Shown: positions 29,753 to 40,404 of the stretch, piece by piece
Position numbering within the stretch: position 1 is the stretch's first letter
Layout of the letters: the number at the start of each line of letters is the position of its first letter
DNA from: Kondoa subrosea
Lineage: Eukaryota
DNA length: 64,000 nt
Assembly (NCBI GenBank): GCA_039545335.1
Contig: BCIN01000001.1
Span: 124,001 to 188,000, forward strand
Reading direction: 5' to 3'
Program-made: the position numbers and the translations under genes
Notes under the pieces: model-generated
What the model saw: the letters and a program-made list of their open reading frames with translations, nothing else
Database searches by the model: none
Told to the model about the DNA's origin: nothing

Positions 29753-30260
29753 GGTTGTAATCTACTATGGGAGATATAGCAGTGGCCTTTAAAGTGATTA
29801 ATATTGCAAGCTAGGATGAAATAGCTCGTGGAAGGCGGAAAACAGTTGAGGATTTGAAATCCATCATGTGAGGCTCAATCCGGTACCGCTCAGTGAAGCT
29901 TTTCTTAAAGAAGTACTGCAGGTCTGTATATCAGAGTGTCTGGCAGCTCAATTCAATCAAGGAGTGCCAGGTCCGACGTGCGAGTCTGCTATCATATCGA
30001 CTATGCCTTCTTCTTCTTCTTCTCTCTTGCTTCCAGCGCTTCGCTGAGTGTATGTGTGGAACCTTTTCATTCCTATGTGATCAACGATGACCCTGATCAA
30101 CATCTGTTCCCACTTTCCTCTTTCGCGCATGTCGCGCGTACAACGTCTCGAACAGGACAGGCCAGCCGCAACGCCGACAGGGCATACTAACAGGGCTCAT
30201 TAAAGTTGTTTGAAGGACTCTTTTTTCTCTCCTTCCTCGTCTTTAGGCTAGAAACACTCT

Positions 30261-31261
30261 ATGACAAGTCTGACTATTTTCGCACTTCAAGCACCTGTGG
30301 AGATTCTAACTGTTCGTTCTTTGATCCTATCCCGAACGATGTACGCTGATCCAGTATAATGTTTGCAGCGTATTTTCTCTTACGCGCATCCTTCGGATCT
30401 CTTTCATCTTTCTCGAACAAATAAATGGCTTAGATCTCTTTTACTATCAAAATCATCTCAAACTATTTGGAAATCAGCTGTAGAAGCGTTACAATATTTT
30501 CCTATGGCTCCTGAAGGTTTTGGATATTGGAAATGGATTGAATTGTTGTTCAGCAGGACTTGCGAGAAATGTTCAGGACCTTGTGATGAACCGGATTTTC
30601 AGGTGAGAGCTCGCTTCGCATCCGGCTATCACTTCACAGACTGAATCTCGATAGCAGCTCTACGTCAGATTATGCAACTCCTGGTGCGTCAGAATTCTGT
30701 CCAGAAGCAATTGTGATTAATGTCAATCACACATTACAGCGGTCGCAAATGCATAGTCGGATATACACACAGAGGGTGTTATGTTTCTGGCAGAGAAATG
30801 ATTTTGACAAGTCTCATCAATCGCGGCGTTGCTTCTTTGGATAGTAAATCAATTCTTTCATCCCCTTTTTCAAAACCTCAAAGTTTGACGACCTCTCTCT
30901 CACTCACACAGATCGCTGGACTCATTTGGCTGAGAATGGAGGTCTTTACTCTCACTATTACTTTTTGGATGAATATACTTCAACAGCTCGACTCTTGGAG
31001 CAAGTCGAAATGGAGCTATACTCGATTCATGAGACTTCACCTTTGGACTCACAGATCTATCTGCATGAAAAAGTGAAGCCATTGTTGGCTAAACAATCTA
31101 AGTTACGAGCAAACGCTTATGATGTGAGGTTGGACACTTGCTCGAGTGTAAACATAGCTCATTAGTCACAGCGCTTGGATTCTATTGCACGTTTCATGGA
31201 AAGTGAGAAGCAATCAACAGAAGCAAGAAAGGCTAGAGAGGAAACAGCTCTTTCAAAGTAA
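30261..31261 (+). CDS. F-box domain protein
   Basis: APVEILT-RIFSYAHPSDLFHLSRTNKWLRSLLLSKSSQTIWK, followed by a Cys cluster (CEKC...RLCNSC). Confidence 0.8.
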
Positions 31262-31464
31262 CAACGAAAAAAAAGTGCATTGAGGATTATATACAGTTTG
31301 TAGTGCTAATAACAATTCGTGATTTATGTACAACGAAAGATTTCATACTTGACAAGACCTTGATCAAATCTAATAAAAAGGAAACGAGTGTCCTTGCTTT
31401 TGTGCAACCCAGATGAACCAGCATCGAGAGACAACTTCTAATATGAACGATTTCTTTTGATTCT

Positions 31465-31982
31465 TCATGCTCTCAGCTAAAAGTGATAGATTAGCTGATG
31501 TGTATTGAGACGAAAGCAAAGATACTCACCCTCAGTGTGCCGTCATCTGCTGTTTCGTATGATCTTCCGATTTGAGTAAGAGCATCACAGCTGGTTTGAT
31601 CTCCGGCTGCACATGACTCTGTGAGCATGCCCGCGAGCTTGTTGAGAGGGTAATTCCTATAGAAGAGAAGAATGAGATCGGTGTAAATCACCAGCGGAAA
31701 GAAAGAGACTAACCTTTTCGCTAGTGCTCTGACAACCCTGTGTGCTCCTTCTCCCCGTGTAGATAAGAAGTGATGAATATCAAATTCCCTCTTGACTATT
31801 TCTACTGATCGCTTGGCAACTATAATAGATGATTAGCACGAGATCGAGTGAAGGAGAAAGAATGTCTCACTGTTTGTCTCATTTGAGACATCTCGTTGTT
31901 CTACCTTAAGAAGAGGAAGGGCCGTTGTAGAAGAAACGAGAGCGAAGAGGACGATGCAGATGGAGAGAAGGTAGAAGCGCAT
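31465..31982 (-). CDS. small secreted precursor with dibasic (KR) processing sites (4 exons)
   Basis: Spliced: MRFYLLSICIVLFALVSSTTALPLLKVEQRDVSNETNIAKR SVEIVKR EFDIHHFLSTRGEGAHRVVRALAKR NYPLNKLAGMLTESCAAGDQTSCDALTQIGRSYETADDGTLRLRA*. Confidence 0.75.
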
Positions 31983-32552
31983 GCTGTATTGGAACGACTG
32001 GTTTTGCTAACGAAAAGGTTGAGAGCGGAAAGATCAGACGAATGAATGGATGAGAGAAGAAGAAGGATGGGAGAAAGAAAATAGCTCAGAGCATGTCAAT
32101 TTACACTTCATTAAGGTTACGTCAAAAGCATCATTAAGCAAAAAAAAGTCATGGAACACCGCATTTGGCAAAAAATGTCCGGATGCAGGAATGTGTGAAA
32201 TTCAGGCAACATTGCATAGCAAATTGATCTGCACTAGACAAGCATTGACTTATCACCCGCGAGCCCTAGATAGATGGGTCTCGAATGAGGAATTTCCGAT
32301 TTTAGATTACATAAGCCTGAGCGGATTGACAGAACTGACGCAAACAGGATATCAGGATTCAGCAGGGTCAGTAGTAGCGCAGTCAGTATACAGCAGCCGG
32401 ATCGATACCATTGTCGGAGTCGGACCAAGAAAAGCCTTGATTGAATTTGATTCTCTTGAACCTGCACGTCGGCAGCACGCTTTATAACAATCTACTGCTA
32501 GTGACACAGAGCACACGCGTAGACCAGAGTACTGGCTCACACCAATTCAAAC

Positions 32553-34061
32553 ATGAAATCTCTACCTGTAGAATTATGGACGCCGATTTTTGAGCAGGTC
32601 ATGTACGAAGGACCCTTCCATGATGGAGACAGAGCCTACTTGCGCAATCTCTTAGGCCCATGCCTGGTGTCAAAGCAATTCTGCGCTGTCGTTAGACAGA
32701 CTCTTTATTCTTCTATTCCCTTACCATTGGCTCGCCGCCGACTGCAGTCTATTTGCAATCAGGAGCTCATTCAATCGCTGCCGCAAGTGCTCCCTGAAGG
32801 CACCGTGAATTTGGTCCAGCACCTTCATGTGATATTGGTCCACCCCTACCGTGATGCCAATTCTGTATCGCTTACAACACTATGCTCGCGACTCAATTCT
32901 TTCGTCAATTTGAAGATTATATCTGTTCAGACTTACACTGATGGCATCAATGAACATGAATGGATATCATCAGAGCAGTGTTTCCTGCACACAGGGAATC
33001 TCTCGTCATTGCGAGAAATCCGTATAATGGACTACCATTGGTATCGCCAAGATCTAAATCATACCATGACCTCGATCAAGAACTTGAATGTCCGTCATGG
33101 ATTGAAGGTTGTAGTCATCAGTATGTGTCATTTTTTGTTGTGCATCTACCCTATTCATTCGAACCAATTGTAAGCCAATCAGTATGACAGACCAGGTGCC
33201 GACCATTTGATATTCTATCAGGGAAGAAATGGCGCATATCAACCATCTGGGCAGAAGCCCAAAAATAATCTGATCTGCAAAATTGTCTATCATGGAGCTT
33301 CGTTGGGTTTAATCTTAGATTCTTTGCACCTCGGGACCTTCAGTGCCCACGACTTTCAAGACACATCTATACAACTTTGGGAGCCCACGCGACGTCTCAG
33401 CTTGGGTCCCAGCTTGGGTCTCAGCTTGGGTCGCAGCTCCCCACCGGCAGATCAGTCAAATTTTGCATTACTGCAAATACTGCAATACTTTGTACAGCTT
33501 GTGCACTTGGAAATAACGTTCCGATCCGACGATACATTGCATTTCACTCTTTCTCCGTTCATCGAACTTGCTTCTTTCGCTTGCCGAACAAGCCTGAAGA
33601 AAGTCATCTTTCATTCCAAAGACCACATAATGCGACCGCATCTGCAATCGGATCTAGCTTTGCGCCTCATTTACAATAATACGACTTTCCCAAACCTTGA
33701 AGTAGTCGAATGTACCTGGAAAGCAACAACGAACGCGGCTGGAAATCTCATCCTTCTTCCTCTTACTTTCGAAACGATTCACCTTTCCCTGAATAGACCT
33801 GGTCTGACTTTGAGGGCGTTGGTGGACTGTCCTATTTGCGATCCTGCTATTAACAGCAACAATGCAAATGTGAGACGAGCTGGGTTTGCTAAAGCTAGAA
33901 TCACCATCAAAGCGGGTCAAGTGTCGGTTGACGTGGTCAGCAAAGCCACGTTCGGTCGGCAAGAGACGTCACCAATAGCTATGGCAAATGCAGTCAATGG
34001 TGGTTTAGTGAGAGAAATTATGCAGAATTTGGGAGTTGCGAGCGAAGTCGTGGATGGTTGA
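32553..34061 (+). CDS. F-box-like protein with a degenerate LRR-like region, paralog 1 (apparently intact, 2 exons)
   Basis: MKSLPVELWTPIF...CLVSKQFC...TLY; an intron starting at ~33121 joins the two ORFs in frame; LxxL repeats. Confidence 0.75.
33394..33438 (+). repeat. 12-bp tandem repeat, ~3.7 copies, inside a CDS
   Basis: gtctcagcttgg/gtcccagcttgg/gtctcagcttgg/gtcgcagct, encoding LSLGPSLGLSLGRS. Confidence 0.85.
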
Positions 34062-34363
34062 AGGTCAGCTGCATCTGGCTAAAATTCTTCTCCTCTGACT
34101 TCACACGAATACAGGGTACCTCCCTTTATGAAAGTTTGGTTGATTCGTGCAACTTGGTAATTACATTTGGCACTTTGCCTATGGGCCGTTGTTATGCGAT
34201 TGGTCGCGTGCTTCCCGGGTTCGCACATGCGCAATATGTAGCGTGGTGTTGACTTTGCTCGTGTCACATAAACTTGACTCTCCATTTTCGTTTTTCATCG
34301 CTTGTCTCCTCCCAATACCCAATACAATCTCCTGGTATATCCGGCTATCCTATACCCGGCATT

Positions 34364-35934
34364 ATGATACTATCACAGCTACCGGGCGAGATTACAGAAT
34401 TAATCATACATTTTCTGCTGTGTCCAGCAGATCGCAAATCTACATACGAATGGGCTTCCGCAGCGGCTCTGTCCAGAACATGCAAGCGTCTGAATGTGCT
34501 TACAAAGCGCTCTCTTTATCGCTTGACTCCCTGGCCTCTTTCTCCTCGAAAAGAAAGTAAACTTCTTATGACTTGCCAAGAAGACTTTGACACGCAATGC
34601 AAGACGTTGGTCGTCAAAGACGCAAGACCATTCGTTCGACACGTATCAAGCAGTATAATTTCAACCAATCTCATCGGCCAGGCGGCGACAGACTTACAGC
34701 GCACGATATTGCAAAGATTCAAAGAGTTTATATGCGTGTTGCCAAATCTGCGGTCAATAGGCCTTACTTTGTGTAATGGACCTCTTGAATGGGATGATTG
34801 GTCGGAAGAAAGGTCAACGCAAGAGGATGTCAGATCTGCTGCAGCAGATCCGTTTATCTTTGGACCGACCTCCTTCACTCTAGCCTCCCTCGATACTCTC
34901 TCTTTCGATGTCGACTGGGGTAGCTGATCAGAAATTACTATGATGCTGTCGTTGGCAGCGATGTGTCCAAATCTCGCTCGTATTTGCTTCACCTGTAAGG
35001 GGAAGCTGATCCATTCGTTCTTCATCGAGCTCAATTTTGGAGCACAGTTTCGAGTGGTGACTTCCTTCGCTATTTCCGCAAAGAAGCTCCCGATGAAACG
35101 GTTCGAAGAAGCCGATTTGGTACGTCCATAAGCGTTCGACATCAAGCAGATATCACAAGAGTTTGCAATCTTTTCGGTTTAGTCCTATACTCCCACTCTA
35201 TATCGGACTTCGAATCGCAGATACTACCGCGCTTATATAGCGAGACCTGGCAAGATACACTGGTGCTGCAAATTGGCGAATACAACCAAAGTTTCAAGGG
35301 CAACTTCTCCGTTTTCTTTCGCCAATGCGTCCCGTATCTCATAGATCTCGACATCTGTCTCGATGTACTGCTGGTCCATTGGATATCTCTTGGATTGGTC
35401 GAATTTCTCTCAACTGTTTCATGTCGAATATCTCTTTGCACTATACATTTTCAACTCACTGAAGGCATACACTCTCCACCTGAACAATGGAACATGTTAT
35501 TCGATTCTTCTCTCTTTCCAGCCTTGCGTCAAATTCAGCTGTCTTTCCAAGGCGAAGTTTTTCCCAATGAAGTCTATCTGATTCGACCACTCACAGCAGA
35601 GTTCGTCAAACAATCTTCTTCTCGACCTTCCCTGCCAACTTATTTCAATATCGACTTTCCAATTTTAAGGAATCCTTTACGCCGAACCGCAGAAGAAAGA
35701 GAAATACTCGCTATCTTCTGCGTTCAAGTTCTCGTACAAGCTGGGAAATGTCAGATATTATCTTTTACCAAACGTTGGCAAGATCCTGAAGCCGATCAAG
35801 ATTTGGTCAAAGAAAGATTTGCAAAAGCTATAGGCGGAGAAGTAAAGATGGGGATCTTTAAAGCGCTCGGCATCAATGCAGAAGCTGAAACAAAGTCAAG
35901 TGACGTTGTAGGTACTGCGTATGATGTGGCATAG
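34364..35934 (+). pseudogene. F-box-like paralog 2 with a single in-frame TGA (34925-34927)
   Basis: MILSQLPGEITELII...LSRTCKRL; the frame continues past the TGA and across one intron to 35934; homologous to paralogs 1 and 3. Confidence 0.65.
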
Positions 35935-36328
35935 TAATTGGATCTGGTTTGCGATGTTGTGGTATAGAATGCAAGGCAAGTTTGTCTTGTATTGGATAAT
36001 TTTAAATGTCTAATCTATAATGTAGTGCAGCTAGAATGACTCCGGGCGGTAGAAAGCAACCAAGCCCATGCTGCGGCTTTGGTCTGCGAGACGAATGTCA
36101 AGAAGCTGATTCGATGGCACTTCGTAAACTCAGTCAATTTGTAGAGATGGGGACATCATATTGGGCAGCAGTATAAAGTACTTAGCTGCCTTCTAATTCG
36201 AAGTTGGCGGCGTGTATCGTGTATGAAAAGCTGTGCCAATGCATTTCTATGCTTGTTCCAAACTTCCACTCGCAATACCAGTCTCACGTTTCGTAATTGA
36301 TCCAATTAGAGCGGCAGATACTCCCATC

Positions 36329-37989
36329 ATGGATAGTCTTCCATTGGAGCTTGTTGACAGCATTCTTGTCAGCGTGGAGGGAGGAGGGATAACCTCGGTT
36401 GAGGTCCGCGCTCATTGCTCCCTGCTAGGAGAGCGAGCGGCCGTCTCTTAGTCTAGACGGAAGACTTGTATGCAGTGAAATTCTCTATAGTGTTTAATTC
36501 CATGTGCTCGAAGCAGATTTTCCAAACATCAAATCGCTGGCAAGTATCACTCGCGTCAACAAGCGCCTTCATTCTGCTGCCCAGCGTCGTCTATACGAGA
36601 CTGTACCATTCCCTCTCTCTTGTGCCAAAGATGACAAAGCTTTGGACTTGGCTGTATCACTCGTGGAGCCGCTTTCTCATACAAAATCCTACATTCGAGC
36701 AGTACGCGCCAAACTGAGCAGCTACTTGTACTACGGAGGAGCGTATGCAACCTATCGGCGCGAAGTTTCCGACCGCTTCTTACTTTCCATTCATAATCTG
36801 ACCGATCTCACATCCCTCTTCATTAGAGCCGAAACCTTCTCAGGTGAATTTCTTGAACTCAGATTATCGGGGTTGGAATTGGGCTGCATTCGCCTTGAAG
36901 AAGTCCAGCCTGTCTATTCCTGGTCGCACAATATCGCGTCTCTTCACTTTGTGGTAAACTATAATGCTTGGAATCAGGTGTCACAGTACTTTGTCTGGTG
37001 CCTTCTTGTCCCGCACTTGTATCCCTGAAGCTAGAATGTATGCTCTCATATGCCAATGTTATTCAGGCTGAGATGAAGTCGCATGTGTAGTAGGCTCAAA
37101 CAATATACTCTCATTCAACAAAGCAACAATAGGTGTCTCTATATCTAGTCTACTCAAAAAATGAATCATCTTTTAAATTCAGACATCAAAGCGACATCAT
37201 CTATTTCTGCTCAGTTCTGGACTTACAATTGCACAGACATACGATACATTACTTCGATAGCCAGATCATGCCGCAAACCCTGCAGCCCGCTTTATGGCAT
37301 TCTGTCGAATCACTAATCCTGCGTTTTCAAGAAGACCCAATTGCACCCATCAAACCATTTCTCGCCGATTGTCAGCCTCCTTTAGTCAGCATTTCTCTAT
37401 ATTGGGACATTGGCTTGCGCACCAGCATCAAGTGCAATCCCTTGGAGTTCTGATCAAGTCTTCCATGCAACGCGACCTTGAGGAAAATCCATATCTACTA
37501 CAACGAACATGTAAATGAGTTCGACTTACTGTTCGACAACCGTCTTATCTTACCCATGCTCGAAACTTTCTCTTGCAATATCTGTGTCGATATCGTAGCT
37601 GGACAATACGATTTGATCATGTTCTCTGTTCGAGATGTTCATTTGTCTGCAAAGCGACCTGCAATCAAGATCATTGTGCATTTTGATGTTCCCGTATATC
37701 ACTCAGAGGTTGAAATGGGATCAGTGGTTGAAATAGGAGAAATAGGATCAGTGGATGCTGAAGTTTGGATTCGAGCGGGAAAAGCGGAAATTGGTTCTAT
37801 TGAGACAAGGGACATGATAAATGGGCGCAATTGGTCGAGGAACAGGTTTACCAGGAGTTGATGGCTAAAGCGTTGGACGGAGAAGTGCGAAAGGGAATTG
37901 CTTTGGCTTTGGGCATACCGGATGAGAGTGTCAATGAGGCGAAAATTGCTACTGCTGCTTCTAAGCATCACAGGTCAGTACTCATTTGA
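36329..37989 (+). pseudogene. F-box-like paralog 3, multiply disrupted
   Basis: MDSLPLELVDSIL; frameshift near 36985, in-frame TGA at 37451-37453 and a second frameshift near 37820. The homologous blocks lie in different frames. Confidence 0.7.
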
Positions 37990-38358
37990 TATCTCGCGCA
38001 AATGGCCATGCTGATTTGATCTGCTGACAGCTGATACATTGAGTGACTGGCAATCCTTCGCTCTTCTTTTGTCGCACTGTGCTTCGTCTATCTTTCTGCG
38101 TGCCAGTGTTTCTTCCTTCCCAGCTACATTGCGTCTGTCTTTGCGCAATTTAGAGTTTGTCTCAGGCTGAAGAAGATGTTTACGGCTAGAAAACAAGCTG
38201 ATCTTGTTGTACACAAGAGATGCTGGGCTAATACGTATACAGCACAAGCATAGAGCTCTGTAGACAACATGTTTGATTTGACGCCACCTCTCTTTGCGCT
38301 ATTGCGCGGGTCGTCACTCGCTTGTCTTCCAGAACATACCATCTTTCGAGCCTAAATC

Positions 38359-39998
38359 ATGAGCGACACACCTACAGCCTCTACATCAGACTCTATCCGC
38401 TTGAATATCAGGGCACCAGGAGACAAGAAGCTCACTGTTTCCGTTCCTTCGAGTTCGACAGTCTTGCAACTCAAGGAAACAATTGCTCAAGATGCCCTTT
38501 ACGCTTCTGATCCATGTCCGCCAGAGACTCAGAGGCTTATCTTTAGTGGTTAATCCGCCTTTTAGGGCTTTCATTGCGAAATGCTGACTTGTCTGAATAG
38601 GTCGTGTGCTGAAGGTGCCTACCATTCAGTCAATACCAGCTCGTTTGCTGAGGTTTGCGTTCTTATTCGCAGGACGAAGAGAAGCTAGCGACGTACAAGA
38701 TTGCAGAGAATCATGTACTGCATTTGGTTCGCAGCGCAAAGAAGTCTGAACGTGCGTGCAGATTGCGCACTAGCTCATTGTGAAGCTGAACTCGATACTG
38801 TCACGTACAGCACCACCACCTGCAGCACAAGTGCCAGATCAATTGAATGCAGGGCAACAATTCGCTGGAAATCCCCTGGCTCCGTTAATGAACGCATCTA
38901 ATCCTGGTCTGGGCGGTTTCAACCCTTTCGCTAACATGGGTGTCAACCAGGTTCGTAGAGATCACATAGATGCATTGTTAGCATGCTAATATCTTGATGA
39001 TCCTGAACAGAACGACCGTAAGTCTAGGTCTCTTTTGAGCAGCAATTGCTCACTCCCAGGCTGCTTTCTGGCTTCCAGCCAACTTCTTACAGAACATGAT
39101 GCAATCACCTGAAGTACAACGCCAACTAAATTCAATGATGGATGATCCAGCAGTTTTGGATCAGATCATCAACGCTTCGCCAGAATTGAGAGCAATGGGA
39201 CCACAAGCTCGACAGATCAGTCCGTTATTCCACTCTGGGTGTTTTATCTAATGCTGAAGATCGGATTGACTGAAATAGTGCAATCACCTATGTTCAGACA
39301 AATGATGACTAACCCAGACATGATGCGAGCTGCGGCCCAAATGGGCGGAAGAGGAGGAATGCTAGGTCAAGGAGGAGGAGGAGCAGCACAGCAACCTGGA
39401 TTATTCGGTCTAGCTCAACAACAGCAGCAACTACAATTAACTGGAGGTGCTGCTCCTACACCTGCTGCTGGAGCAGGAGCGAATCCTCTAGCTGGACTAG
39501 AACAAATGCTGAGAGCTGGCGGAGGAGGAGATGGAGCGGCAGGCGGAAACTCAATGGCTGGGATGGAAGGTCTTTTTGGTCCTGGTTCGCCATTTGGAAA
39601 CATGGGCAACATGGGTGGATTTGGCGGTCAAGGAATGGGAGGTGGATTTGGTTCTTTCCCTCCACCTCAGCCGCAAGATGGAAGAAGTCCTGAAGAGCGA
39701 TATGAGGTGCGTACTGAAGGCAAACAGTCAGCTTGTGCTAATTGATCGCTTTGATGTGCACAGAATCAGCTACAGTCTCTGCGCGATATGGGTTTCACGA
39801 ATGCTGCTCGTCAGTAGTACTTATTTTCGTGTCCAGCCTGCTGACATTGCTGTTAGAAAATGTGCGAGCGCTCATTGCGACGGGCGGCAATGTGGAAGGA
39901 GCTGTTGAATACATTCTTGGTGCGTTGCATTCGACTTTTGCAAGCATATTGTTGCTTACATGAGTCGGAACGAACGCACAGGGGGTGGTGGACTATAA
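38359..39998 (+). CDS. DSK2: ubiquilin/Dsk2 (UBL-STI1-UBA)
   Basis: UBL (QRLIFSGRVLKDEE..HVLHLV), STI1 (PMFRQMMTNPD), UBA (PEERYENQLQSLRDMGF..NVRALIATGGNVEGAVEYIL). Confidence 0.93.
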
Positions 39999-40404
39999 CA
40001 ACGTTTTAGATTGCAATGTCTTGTCTGAATGATGCATGATTCGACGCTACGAATTGCCGCTTTCTTTACATACTAAACAATTGTCCAAAGCATTCGAAGG
40101 TGTAATGAAGAGGGGTTCAAGCGCATTAAAACGCGTAATTAAGAAATTTAGCTCTGCTGTTGTTTCTTCGAAGCACTAAGCGAAAGGCGTCGCTTCATGT
40201 GGTGTACTCGTGAGCTTCTTGCAGACCCGCCACTACTCTCAGTTCGACTCGCCTCCAGCTTACAGTGTGTCTGCCGAGCGGCTTAGGCACAAACTTGAGA
40301 TCGCCAAGTCTCTGAAAAAGTGCGCTTTGCATTGCCCTTGTGTTTTTCTGCTTCCATCCACCACTTTATCTTTCGTCTTTCTCAGTTATTTATCCTCACA
40401 AGCC

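Noticed and set aside
34925..34927. TGA as selenocysteine or an alternative genetic code
   Set aside because: It aligns to Trp rather than Cys, and TGA is an ordinary stop in other genes here (TCTP, ISWI, first DHHC).
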